From IMG/VR virus record IMGVR_UViG_3300032283_001024: DNA of 64,000 bases; one strand, written 5' to 3'. The notes beneath the pieces are model-generated. The model worked only from the letters and a program-made list of their open reading frames with translations, did no database searches and was not told where the DNA came from. Made by a program: the position numbers and the translations under genes. Below are positions 18,274 to 29,109 of the stretch, piece after piece. The stretch is from an uncultured virus (IMG/VR IMGVR_UViG_3300032283_001024) (lineage: Duplodnaviria; Heunggongvirae; Uroviricota; Caudoviricetes). Position 1 is the first letter of the stretch. The number at the start of each line of letters is the position of its first letter.

Positions 18274-19363
18274 ATGCTCGGACGCACCACTCTACTTCTC
18301 GGCGCTGGTCTAATCGGAGTGTTTACACTCAAGAAAGAGACTAAAGATCGTATCAGAAATAAGGTATCTGCCGGGCTGGTAAAGATGGCTGATGCTGTTA
18401 AGCCCAAGGAAGAAGTAGTTCCTGATCAAAACGAGTTCATTCGGACTCTGTTTCAACTGAATTGATCACCTGTCCTGACTGTCACCATTCCTTCGCTCTT
18501 TCATCATGGAAGTTTTTGTCTACCAGGCGTCTGAACATGATGCGTGGGTAATCACGGTTCGCCGTGACTTCGCTGAGATGCTACGAGTTGATCCTGCTCG
18601 TGGGGTATCCCGATATGAGCGCTACGAAGCGCCAATCGAGAAGATTCGAATTGGGATCGAAACCCTCCGCAAAGAAGGATATACCTTCTGCGGAGCAATC
18701 GATCTCAAGCTTCGGAAATTGATCGAAGCATGAGCAATTTAATTGCAACCGCCACAGCTGTTGTAACAGTTGTTTTGGTTACTACCGCAATCAAGGTAGC
18801 CAGAATCTCCGATAACGGAGAAGTTATAAAAAACTGCAAAGAACTGTATAACATTGTTTATACAGAAGATTTGTTTGGATCGAGAGCACGCTGCATTTCC
18901 AACATGCAGAAGTTTGGTCCAGTGTTCAACCCAACCCGCATGGAGGATTGATGGAAACGTTCCTTGAGAAAGAAGATTTCATCTTTTTAGCAGCGCTTGC
19001 TAAAGAGAACGGAGTTGATTCTTGGCAGTTTGCCAAACAAATCATCAACCAAAGATTGGATGATTACCGAGACGAAATTCGGTATGCCCGGGTTCAAGAA
19101 CAAGAAGATCTTGCAGCTGCTGCAGTTGAAAAGATCGTAGAAGAACAACTCACGAAATCAATCTGATGCTCATCTATAACCCCAAGCAAGATCCCTGTGC
19201 ACGAATCACCTGGTATGGTGGTGACTCCACGATGCTCAGGTTCGAAATCCTGGAAGAATATGGCGACTGGCGTGTAATCAATTCCAAAACTCTTAGTGAG
19301 TTCCCCACTGATGTCAAGGAACTGTACCAAGAGATGCGGAACTACCACGAACAACAACCTTAA
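18274..19363 (+). other. cluster of five small hypothetical CDS (18274-18465, 18506-18733, 18730-18951, 18948-19166, 19166-19363)
   Basis: co-oriented, stop/start overlaps. Confidence 0.6.
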
Positions 19364-19435
19364 GAAGTAGTTCCCTACTTCAGTGGTCAACAGTAGCCTG
19401 ACCTTGGATGCTACCTACACACTTGCCACACCACC

Positions 19436-19858
19436 ATGTCCGCAGCTAACTCAGGCACCGTTGTCGGTACCATCGTGTCCGACATCGCTAGCCGCACTCC
19501 CAGCGACTCTCTGTCTATCACGGAGTTTCGACTCTCCCCTGTGGACGCCAGGGAAGAAGATTCCCCAATCCCTATCACCGCTTACAACAGTGTAGGCCAA
19601 CGAATTACAGAGCGTTACAGCAAAGGCGATACAGTTGTCTTGACGCACCGACTGCGGTATAACACCTGGATGACTCCAGAGGGTGAGCCTCGGGGTCGCA
19701 TGGAGGTGATCGCTACGTCCAGCACTACGGTTCGCCTTGGACAGATCAGCACTGCTAAGCGGGCTGCTGAAGCTGCCCAGCCAGAGGAACCAGCATCAGC
19801 TGCGACAGTCCTTGCGACAGCAACTGCCGTGCCCATGTTGGAAGAAATTCCATTTTGA
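19436..19858 (+). CDS. ssb: single-stranded DNA-binding protein
   Basis: OB-fold SSB pattern (YSKGDTVVLTHRLRYNTW...GEPRGRMEV) and acidic EEIPF tail. Confidence 0.85.
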   Translation: MSAANSGTVVGTIVSDIASRTPSDSLSITEFRLSPVDAREEDSPIPITAYNSVGQRITERYSKGDTVVLTHRLRYNTWMTPEGEPRGRMEVIATSSTTVRLGQISTAKRAAEAAQPEEPASAATVLATATAVPMLEEIPF

Positions 19859-20025
19859 CTTATGTGTTGAAATGCTGACATTACTTTACACAGTTTTTAG
19901 TGCATTGGAATGTTGGCATTTTCTGCATTAGTTATCTATGTAAATTTTGTGTAACTCACCATGAAAATACATCCTATTGAGCTGATACTTGCTATTGTCC
20001 TTGTCGTTTTTGAGGAGTTTGTTTC

Positions 20026-21366
20026 ATGCCTACGACCACAATCATTGCAGAAGACACCAGGAAGCAATTCGAATGCTGGTACGAGCAACATGCAGCGTTT
20101 GAAGAAGAACCAACCATCATCACCGTCCACGAAGTCTGGAAATCTTACGGAGGACCTGAAGAAGGTGGATGGGATTACGAATGTGGATATCCCGTCGAAA
20201 ACGTCTGCATCTTCTCCAAAGAGCAGGCAATCAAAGAACTCCAGAGGCTCCACGACCGCTACCAACCCGAAGCCGAAACGTACGACATCAACCTCAGTCA
20301 AAAGTGGGGTAAGCCTTATCCAGAAAAGCGCCCGCATTATGAGTGAACAGCCACAAGAAGTAGTTATTACAGTTTGTAAGTCAAGTTAGTCTTGACTTGG
20401 TTTTTGGCTACACTGCAAACCTCGACCTAATTGCCATGAGCCTCCTTCCCGAACAACTGCTAATCGCCTCAGCCTTGGGCTACGAGCCAGTGTCAAGTGA
20501 CGAAGCTGATCTGCCTGCGGATCTTAGTTGCTGCAACCTGGAAACCAAGATTGAAGACGGATGGCCTCAGGTCAAGTATCACGGTGAGTGGTATCCTGTG
20601 CCCGCAATGGAAGACGTTGAGGAGTGGGTCTTTGACTCAGTGTGTTTTACTCCAGACGAAGAAGAAGTGGAGCCTGACCACCCGAATTCTTGGCTTTCCA
20701 TCCTTGGATTGATCTGATGAACTACGACGAACTTACTATTTCCGTCGAGCCTTCCGGAGACATAACCGTTACCTGCATGGTTGACGACGTAGTTTACATT
20801 CACGGTAGTCAGACACTGGAGGATCCTCCTGAATACGCCGCAGCCATGTGCGAACTAAAGATTACCAGAGATGAAGTGCTTGATTATCTATACGACAAAG
20901 ATATTAATTTTCCTTACACAGATTGGTTGCCAAAACAAATCCTTAAAGAGGTAGTTTTAAGTTTTGTTGAGTGGAAAGATAAGTGGAAAGTTGCTAACAA
21001 ATAGCCCTAAGCAAAGCTTTAAACTGCTTGTCCAACCCTTTGTCATTCTTTACCATGGAACACACTCAAGTTAACAGGTTCAAAATTACCAGTGAAAAGG
21101 TTGAGATTTCTTTGCAACCTTTTAGTGGTATTGATTCCGCAGCAATTTCTATTGAAGACTCAAACAACAACCGCATTGAGATTCTTAATGTACCTCAAGT
21201 CGAAATTCAAACAGCAATTCAACAGTATTTGTTGCTGCTGAAATACACACCAACTGAAGCAGAAAATTCTGTTTTGTGGCTGCAAAACCTTTCTGATGAA
21301 GTTCAAAGAATTCTGGAGAAATATGAACCAGGATTTCTGGAAAAACACGTACCAACCGACATTTAA
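20026..21366 (+). other. four small acidic hypothetical CDS (20026-20346, 20436-20717, 20717-21004, 21055-21366)
   Basis: co-oriented ORFs with ATG starts. Confidence 0.6.
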
Positions 21367-21402
21367 CAAACGGCTCAACTTTTCAATCCTTTACCAGCTG
21401 CC

Positions 21403-21747
21403 ATGACTGACATTAAAACCAGCCTCAGCACCATTGAAATCAACGGCGTCACTTACGCTCCTGTTAGCGCCGATGGTCCTAACACCCTGCCTTCAGGCAA
21501 CCGCTGCGTGGTTGTTATCGACCGTGGCTGGATCTTCGCTGGTGACACCAGCTACAACGAAACCACTCAAGAATACTACCTAAGCAACGCTACTTGGGTG
21601 TTTCGTTGGGAGTCTGTAGGCTTTGACGGTGTTATCTCTAACCCCAAGCAAAACAAAGTGACCTTGAAAAAAATGGACAAACCCGTGGTTGTTCCTAAAG
21701 GTTCTGTTATTTTTTCGGTTCCTGTAGATGCTAATTGGGGTCTGTGA
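21403..21747 (+). CDS. conserved phage beta-rich protein
   Basis: IEINGVTYAPV...RCVVVIDRGWIFAG, a type often followed by a Gly-repeat gene. Confidence 0.7.
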   Translation: MTDIKTSLSTIEINGVTYAPVSADGPNTLPSGNRCVVVIDRGWIFAGDTSYNETTQEYYLSNATWVFRWESVGFDGVISNPKQNKVTLKKMDKPVVVPKGSVIFSVPVDANWGL

Positions 21748-21992
21748 TGCCAGTTAGCGTTGTCGGGGAGGGTTGCCCCTCCCCATTTATGTCAGTCGGT
21801 TACGGTTTCGGTGACGGTTTCGGTTACGGTTTCGGTGACGGTAACGGTTCCGGTTACGGTTTCGGTAACGGTTTCGGTTACGGTTACGGTAACGGTAACG
21901 GTTACGGTTCCGGTTACTGTTACGGTTACGGTTCCGGTTACTGTTACGGTTACTGTTACGGTTCAATCAGCACAGCAACACGGAGGCGTTAG
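21747..21992 (+). CDS. Gly-X repeat protein
   Basis: TGATG coupling to the upstream gene; (GY/GF/GD/GN/GS)n. Confidence 0.65.
   Translation: MPVSVVGEGCPSPFMSVGYGFGDGFGYGFGDGNGSGYGFGNGFGYGYGNGNGYGSGYCYGYGSGYCYGYCYGSISTATRRR
21798..21963 (+). repeat. 6-nt period microsatellite-like repeat
   Basis: ggttac/ggtttc/ggtgac/ggtaac/ggttcc/tgttac units. Confidence 0.95.
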
Positions 21993-22049
21993 TGTGACAA
22001 ACTTTGTGCCAGTCGGTGACAGTTTAATCAGTGAAACAGCTGAAAAAGC

Positions 22050-22582
22050 GTGATGAGTAAGTTTTTAACTTTTTCTAGTACTAACCCTCCTTTCGTGGTT
22101 AGTGATTTGTCCAAAATTGTCTTAATCAAGAAAGAACTCGAGAAAATTGTCAAACATCAGCAAACTCTTGACATTACAAAAGCTGACATCGGCCTTGATG
22201 ATCTTTTATATGAAGTAATCGGGCTTCTTGATGACTATCTCGATTACGACCCAACTGACGACATTGACCAGTTTCCTGTCACAAGCCACGAAATGTGGCA
22301 AAATGCTCACGAACAACACATTGCTTTGCACTCATGAGTTTTTTCAACAATTACGTAGCCCTCGTGGTTGATGCACGAGGTCGTGATGCAAATGTACTTG
22401 TAAAAGCAACAAACTGGGGCAAAGCAATTGAACAGTTAGAAAACGTAGGTTGTGAAGTAATTGAAAACCAAACTAGTGAATATGATCCTGAAGAATTAGT
22501 TACCACAGAAATGTATGAAGGTCTTGGAATTATTACCCTAGAAGATCTTCTACAATCAACTGATTTTCTGCCTCATCTTTGA
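22050..22582 (+). other. two small hypothetical CDS (22050-22337, 22334-22582)
   Basis: ATGA overlap. Confidence 0.55.
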
Positions 22583-22618
22583 TCCACACGTTCATCACCG
22601 CCACTACCTGATCTAACC

Positions 22619-24433
22619 ATGGAATTCAACCTTCCTCAAGATCTTTCCAAGCATTTGATCTCTTATGATCCGCTGTTGCGCAAAGAAATCAAGAAACAAC
22701 GCAGCGCAAATAGAGTTGATCAGTCCGATAAGCCACGTTACCCGCTGGGTTTGCTCCAGGAGAACTTGTTCCCTGAAGAAGTAGTATCTACCGCCTCGTT
22801 TCGACTTGCTGTTGAAAATATCAACGCGGAATATGCGCCCGAAAGATACCGACGTTACTCCAAAGTAGTCGCAAATAAAGATGAAACTTACGCAATCTTC
22901 TACAACTATCAAAATATATGGGTTGCTGCTTGGCTTCCTCCTGAAGACAACAAAGATCAATACCTTTACGGCTTCTCTTACGCTATTAGGGACACTGCTA
23001 AAAATCTTGAAGCCGTTGAAAGACTGAAAAAACAAACAGGACTGGATCCCAAAGTAGTAGTTGTAAAACGTTCTAACTTCTTGGTGTTCACTAAATTAAT
23101 GACAAAAGAAGATGTTGTACGCATGTACACAGGACACTCTAATTCTTGCTACTTTTGGAAAAGTGTAGATTATTTTACACACAAGCGAGGAAATCAAATT
23201 TCCAGGCTATGTAACCAGTTCACAGAATCTGTAAGAAATACACTTCTAACCTGGGAATCAGCCTACGGAAACATTTTTGACAGGGCAGTTGACAGCGGCT
23301 CTTTTATCAAGTTGTTAAACATGGGTCAGGTAATGCAAAACTTTGACAAAAACTTTACAGATGATTTTCAATGGGTACCGTCTTTTGAAAATTATATTCA
23401 AATCGTAAAGCTTACACAAAACGCTATTCTGAATTCACAGGATAGGCCTTATAGTGTATCTTACGCTTTAGAACCCTATAAAAAGTTCAAAACCATTCCA
23501 ATTTTTGAAAAGCCTTTTTTTAAAAAATGGATTCAGGAACGTTGTGATGAAGTCAGAAACAACATTACTATAGAAGAGAATGATAACAAAGAGTGGGTTA
23601 CGGCTCCTTGGAGGCAGATTTTGAATCTTGCTAATAACATTGACAGCATCATTAATGTCTGGCCTAATTGCCCAATTGATTACTTTCAGACACATGTGAA
23701 CATTTTGTCAAAAATGGAACATATCATGAGTAACATGAGCTCTACATGTGTTGAATGGTTAAACACAAACATGCCTGTGGCTTCTTTCTTCCAATGTCTC
23801 TCAAAACACCATGAGAAAGCTGTGGAGAAAAACGATCATTATGCTATTCGAAGGTTTACTACATGGATGGACACTACGAACATGCTAACCAAGTTGATTG
23901 CAAAAGCACCGGACTCCGTTCCAATTCCTAAGCGTTGGCGTCTAGATGAATTCCACGATTTGATTCAGGCTGAAGCGTGGAAACACACTCACGAGGACAA
24001 AGCGTTGCCTCAAGATCTGTTCCCGAACCCTGTCAAGATTCTTTCAGAAACGTATGTTTTCCAGCCCAATACGGTGAAAAATGTGCTAGGAAACTATGTT
24101 GTCGAGACGACTGGCAAAACCACTTGGACTTTCTTCCAACCTAGCTGCTTGCACCAGCTGGCTGCTTGGGGCCAGGCTGTCCGAAACTGTGTTGGTAATG
24201 CTAGCAGCTACGCTGAAGGTGTGGTGCAAAAGAAACACTTCATTGTACTTGCCATGGTGGACAATAAGCCTAAATTCACCGTTCAACTAGAGGTGAACAA
24301 CGGCGTCATGTCTGTTAGACAGATTGTAGGGATGCACAACAGCGGTCTTACTCCAGATGACAAACAGCAGTACACAAAGATGTTTGGCCAAGCTTTGAAC
24401 AAGCGCAACGAAGAAGTAGCTGCTGTTCAGTAG
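22619..24433 (+). CDS. PcfJ-like domain protein
   Basis: C-terminal LAAWGQAVRNCVG..SY...KFTVQL...QIVGMHN pattern. Confidence 0.75.
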   Translation: MEFNLPQDLSKHLISYDPLLRKEIKKQRSANRVDQSDKPRYPLGLLQENLFPEEVVSTASFRLAVENINAEYAPERYRRYSKVVANKDETYAIFYNYQNIWVAAWLPPEDNKDQYLYGFSYAIRDTAKNLEAVERLKKQTGLDPKVVVVKRSNFLVFTKLMTKEDVVRMYTGHSNSCYFWKSVDYFTHKRGNQISRLCNQFTESVRNTLLTWESAYGNIFDRAVDSGSFIKLLNMGQVMQNFDKNFTDDFQWVPSFENYIQIVKLTQNAILNSQDRPYSVSYALEPYKKFKTIPIFEKPFFKKWIQERCDEVRNNITIEENDNKEWVTAPWRQILNLANNIDSIINVWPNCPIDYFQTHVNILSKMEHIMSNMSSTCVEWLNTNMPVASFFQCLSKHHEKAVEKNDHYAIRRFTTWMDTTNMLTKLIAKAPDSVPIPKRWRLDEFHDLIQAEAWKHTHEDKALPQDLFPNPVKILSETYVFQPNTVKNVLGNYVVETTGKTTWTFFQPSCLHQLAAWGQAVRNCVGNASSYAEGVVQKKHFIVLAMVDNKPKFTVQLEVNNGVMSVRQIVGMHNSGLTPDDKQQYTKMFGQALNKRNEEVAAVQ

Positions 24434-24472
24434 CTGTTTCTTTGCCCACGTACCCCCACACCACCCACCACC

Positions 24473-25213
24473 ATGTCAACAGCAACTTATTCGTGCACCG
24501 CTTCTTGTCCGCTTTCAAAAGTTGCGGGCGGTGATCTTAAGACCAAAGAAGATGTTGTAACTACTATCTACAAACAATTCCTGCTGGAGCCAAGTCTACT
24601 ACCAAAAGAATGGATTGACGATTGCGAAGAAAGCGATGAATACCTATACAAAGCAATCAAAGAAGATGTAACTGTAGAGGATGTACTTTGCGACGGCGGT
24701 CCAGAACTATTAGTCATAATCTCTTATGAAACTTCTATCAGTGATGCAAATTCAGATTTTTACACTGCAGTAGTAAAAGCCCTGTCTCGTGTTACTGGAG
24801 TCTCATTAATTGAGGACAATTTTCGATGCATTCATCCACAAGGAGAAATCCTCGCAGCAACTTATTACTGGTCCAACGGTGAGCAAATTGACATCGATAG
24901 GTGCCACAAAGATTCCATTTGCTTGGATTACATTGTAAACGTACTGGAGGTACATAAAGGACGCAAAGACATGACTACTGAAATCATTCAAGAAGTAGTT
25001 GAATCAACTGGGCGTCTAGTTGTGAGGAAAAAGCCACAAAAAACTACAGAAGATCTTTACTACGAAAAAACGACTCGAATTAGGGATCTACTCCACGAGG
25101 CGCAAAGCCTTATGCTCAACGATCCTACATATGAAAAGATCATTCAAAACGTCGCCAATTCTCTTACTGTTGTAGAAGATCACCAACACACAATTGAGGC
25201 TTCTGGTAAATGA
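24473..25213 (+). CDS. hypothetical protein
   Basis: 246-aa ORF. Confidence 0.65.
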   Translation: MSTATYSCTASCPLSKVAGGDLKTKEDVVTTIYKQFLLEPSLLPKEWIDDCEESDEYLYKAIKEDVTVEDVLCDGGPELLVIISYETSISDANSDFYTAVVKALSRVTGVSLIEDNFRCIHPQGEILAATYYWSNGEQIDIDRCHKDSICLDYIVNVLEVHKGRKDMTTEIIQEVVESTGRLVVRKKPQKTTEDLYYEKTTRIRDLLHEAQSLMLNDPTYEKIIQNVANSLTVVEDHQHTIEASGK

Positions 25214-25575
25214 ATAAAGAGTTGCAAAATCGCGTAGATCAGCTGATTCTTGCTTTGCAAAAAAGCTACACAGAGTTTTCAAAAAGGAGCAGCAGGTACT
25301 ACGGTTTTGAGGCTCCGGTAAATCGGTTAGATTTTCAGATAGTTCTGGGTAAAAAGTATGCAAAAATCATACAGGTATCAAGACACTATGACGTTGTTAG
25401 TTTAAGCAGCCCGTCAGTCCATGCTTTTGTAGATATTGACACAGGCTCGCTTCTAAAAGCTGCTAGTTGGAAATCTCCTGCCAAAGGAGTGCGTTACTCT
25501 TTGCTTAATGATGAATCCTTTGCCCACTGCCTCGAAAGAGCTGACTGGGCAGGTAGTTACTTGTACCAACGCTGA
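25210..25575 (+). CDS. conserved phage protein
   Basis: GKKYAKII...SVHAFVD..TG.LLKAASWKSPAKGVRY pattern. Confidence 0.7.
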   Translation: MNKELQNRVDQLILALQKSYTEFSKRSSRYYGFEAPVNRLDFQIVLGKKYAKIIQVSRHYDVVSLSSPSVHAFVDIDTGSLLKAASWKSPAKGVRYSLLNDESFAHCLERADWAGSYLYQR

Positions 25576-25582
25576 AAAACAA

Positions 25583-26311
25583 ATGGATCAATACAGCGCT
25601 TTAACTCTCAACTCATCAAACAAAAAGACTGGAGACATCGCCGTATCGACCACATCGAAAGAAACTTGCCCAGATTCTTGCAGCTTTCGAGACGATGGCA
25701 GTTGTTACGCAGAAGCTGGGTATTACACTCGGATTCACTGGAATCGCATAACAGAAGGAACAGTTGGCTTGCCTCCTCTATCTTTTATCAAAAGGGTAAG
25801 TGAGCTTCACTCCAGTGAGATGTTCCGACACAACGTTGCTGGAGATCTGTGGCACATGAAAACAATCCCTCAAGCAATTGATAGAAATCTTGTTTTTCAA
25901 CTTGCACACTCAACAAAACATCTTTCTGCTGCTTGGACTTATACTCACCATACCGTCGACGACACCATCACAGCTACTGGTAAATGGAATCGAAATGTAA
26001 TTCTCGATCTCAAAAGAACCACAAATTTTGTTGTCAATTTATCAACGGAATCGGTAGAAATTGCTACTAAACGTTACAAGGAAGGGTTCATGGTAACCAT
26101 CGTGCAGCCTGAAGGTGGCCCACGAACCTTTAGGAACGATGGCGTCCGCTTTGTCCAGTGCCCTGCTACGCTTCCAGGGTCCACCATTACGTGCAAAACA
26201 TGCGGAGGCAAAAAAGAAAAGCCGCTGTGCGCTAACAAAGATCGCAACTGTGTGGTTATTTTTCCAACCCACGGTGGAAGAAAAACAAAAGCAGCATCCC
26301 ATTGCTCATGA
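25583..26311 (+). CDS. Cys-rich conserved phage protein (possible metal/Fe-S binding)
   Basis: SNKKTG...TCPDSC...CYA, FRHNVAGD, WTYTH, CPA...CKTC..LC. Confidence 0.7.
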   Translation: MDQYSALTLNSSNKKTGDIAVSTTSKETCPDSCSFRDDGSCYAEAGYYTRIHWNRITEGTVGLPPLSFIKRVSELHSSEMFRHNVAGDLWHMKTIPQAIDRNLVFQLAHSTKHLSAAWTYTHHTVDDTITATGKWNRNVILDLKRTTNFVVNLSTESVEIATKRYKEGFMVTIVQPEGGPRTFRNDGVRFVQCPATLPGSTITCKTCGGKKEKPLCANKDRNCVVIFPTHGGRKTKAASHCS

Positions 26312-26527
26312 CAGACATCCAACAAACTCAAAAACTTTCTCTTTGGTTTGTCGATGACGGCCAGTGGATTGAGAAAACATACGACACAATCGACCCCAGC
26401 TGGAGAGAAGCCTTGAAAGTACTTGTTGATAATCGCTCTCAAGTACGTATTGTCTACAACTAGTACGTACAAACCGTACATTGTACGTACAACTATCAAA
26501 ACCACACACACACTAACAAAAACAGCC

Positions 26528-28315
26528 ATGAACACCGTCGATTGGGAATCTGACAACAACGCCAAAGATCTCGCAAAAACTGACAAGCTCAGCACTGATC
26601 ATCTCCAAGCAATGCAGCTTGTGGCACGCATGCGTGAAGCTGCAGACAAAGCCGGAGCGGGTTTCGTTGGCGGATTCATCTCCCCTACTGGTCAACGTTT
26701 CATGATGAGCAACATGGACAAGAACGACGTTCAAACACGTGCTATCAATCAACAACTTGACATGATCGAACTCCAGAGGATGCTGGAAATCCAAGGAGAA
26801 GGTGAGCAACTGTGAGTAACTACGAATCTTTAAGTCCTGCCGCAAAATCGGTTGTGGACGCCAGTAACTGTCAAGGTTCACGAATTGTTCAGCTACATAT
26901 TGCTTCTGCCTTCCGCGCTGTTGCGGATCAGGTGGTGCCGGAGGAGCCTGAAAATGAAGATTTTGACGGCGATAACCACGACGACAAAGCGGAGTGGTTG
27001 CAGTGGTCTCAACGTACTCATACACGCCGCGAACTCCTCGCCATCGCCGCCGAGCTGGAGGGACAACCATGAAAATTCAAAGCTGTGACAATTGCGGCGT
27101 CATTCTTGACATTGACAAGCTTTACTTTCCTGACTCTAAGATCTATGAGCGGGAAGACGGGACCCTTGATGAGTCCAAGGTGATGTGGTGCGGAAGTGCG
27201 TGGCGACCTTTTGTGCCTTGTCCTGTGTGTCAGAACAAAATTGTGGATGAGCCATGCCTAAACTAAGTCCCACCGCGCAGGCAGTTGTCGACTCCATGTA
27301 TCGCAGCTACGACCATGAACCTACACGCTGCTTAGTCGCTGCTGCTGTTCTTCGTACCGCTGCAAAATATTACGGCTATTCTTCTGGCCCAGAAGAAACA
27401 GCTGAGTTGATGGGACGAATTGTCGATGTTGATGACCTTATTCGACTCGCCACCGAACTAGAAAACTACGCTTCTACAGAAAACCATGGCTAGTTACAAA
27501 GCAACAACTCCAACCGGCAAAGCAATTGTCGGAACACTGGAAAAGATGTACGGCACCGCCGGTGTTGATTCACTTGTGTTCGACTCAAACGGCAAGCTTA
27601 CTCCAGAGTATGGAGGCTGTGCGGAAGTTGATTGGAACTCACAGACACAAGTATTGGATTTGTACGGCAAAACTATTTACGTCGATGAGACTGGTCAACA
27701 TTGGACCGAGGATGACCTTACTCTGACACCGATCAGAGACGAAAAAAAAGATCCTTCTCCTCGCCGCGTGACTAACAGCCCTCAAGAAGGAGTCTAAGAC
27801 CTTATAATCCATGGGAATCACTCAAACCTATGGACTACAACATCCTTCTTGCACAGGTCATCCACAAAATTGAGACTCTCCAGGGGGAGAGGGACTTTGT
27901 TACGGCACTCGCAGGAGAAGACGAAACATTTCTTGACACAGTAAAGGATTTCTTCTGCCGACTTGAAGATCAGTTCACTTACGTGGAGCCAAAAGAAGAC
28001 GACCCTGTAGCCTGGCGACTTGAACAGGACGCCGAGACTGACTGACAGCTTGCGGCACCTTCAATTGAAGGGTAAGCCCGCAGCTGGTTCAATTGCACTT
28101 ACTTAATGGAACAGGTCGAATTTAATCCAACCACCCAGGCTGTAGTTAATGCTGCTGTGGCCGTAACAGATTGTGGTTACGCCTCTGCTCTCTTGTGTTT
28201 ACGTTTAGCTGCAGCTTTCCAAGCTTTGGCAGAACAGACAGGACCTGACAAACATATTAACTATGACCAGATCCAAGAAATTGTTAAAGAATTGAAACAA
28301 GGAGGTGTCAACTAA
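26528..28315 (+). other. cluster of small hypothetical CDS (26528-26815, 26812-27072, 27069-27266, 27254-27493, 27486-27797, 27830-28045, 28106-28315)
   Basis: overlapping co-oriented ORFs; three share an LSP.AQAVV...LAIA.ELE pattern. Confidence 0.6.
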
Positions 28316-29109
28316 TGACTGAACAACACGCAACAACACGCATTACTGACAAAGATTTGTCCGAAATCGATCTTATTAAATGGCCAGGTTGTGACGTAGA
28401 TGGTGACTCTGTAACACCTGAACAAGCAATGGAAATTCTTGTTCGAACTCAACCAACTTACTTTGACGTAAACGACAAAAAGTTTGGTGAAATTGTTGAA
28501 GGAATCTTTTACAGCACTATTCCTAAACCCGAATGGGGCGAAAAATGGTGGCAATACGACTATGATTATCAGTCAATGATTACTCTAGAAGAAGATCAGA
28601 AACGTCGAGAAAACCTAGTAGAAAGACACAAACAAAAAGACACCTATCACAAAGAGATGGGCACCATTGACCTTCAGTATCTAAGTAACAGTAGGGTATG
28701 TTCTTCTTACATAGGAGGACCATACGGCTGGTGTGATTGGAGCGGCAAGATCTTCCAGCGTGGAAAAAACATTGGTAAATGGCCTTCCACAACAAAAGTT
28801 TACGACGAGTGGAAACTAATCGCAGAAGCTTTCCCGTTTTTACGACTTACTTGCCGTCTTCTTAGTCATGAAGCAGGACACAGCGAGGGAAACCCAGGTA
28901 TCGCAATTGTCTATGAAGTAGAAAATGGTGAGGTATGGGCTCGTACTCCTGCAGAAGGTGAAGTTTCTATGATCACTGGAGAGGGATTAGATTTATCTAT
29001 TGAATCTTTTCTTCTCAATTTCAACAATCCAAACAAAGAAAAAGGCGTAACTCCCGAACGTTGGGAGAAAGCTTGTCAACTAACCGCACAAAAACAAAAA
29101 CAAAAATGA
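28315..29109 (+). CDS. hypothetical phage protein
   Basis: 264-aa ORF with GGAGG SD. Confidence 0.7.
   Translation: MTEQHATTRITDKDLSEIDLIKWPGCDVDGDSVTPEQAMEILVRTQPTYFDVNDKKFGEIVEGIFYSTIPKPEWGEKWWQYDYDYQSMITLEEDQKRRENLVERHKQKDTYHKEMGTIDLQYLSNSRVCSSYIGGPYGWCDWSGKIFQRGKNIGKWPSTTKVYDEWKLIAEAFPFLRLTCRLLSHEAGHSEGNPGIAIVYEVENGEVWARTPAEGEVSMITGEGLDLSIESFLLNFNNPNKEKGVTPERWEKACQLTAQKQKQK

Noticed and set aside
15991..20365. 20-nt repeats as a CRISPR array
   Set aside because: Copies are separated by whole genes at irregular distances; no cas genes.
19961..20389. 142-aa ORF overlapping 20026-20346
   Set aside because: S/T/K-rich composition typical of a frame shadow; the nested acidic ORF looks like the real gene, though dual coding is not excluded.
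21760..22053. VTVSVT repeat ORF
   Set aside because: Alternate-frame shadow of the hexamer repeat; the Gly-X frame has the coupled ATG.
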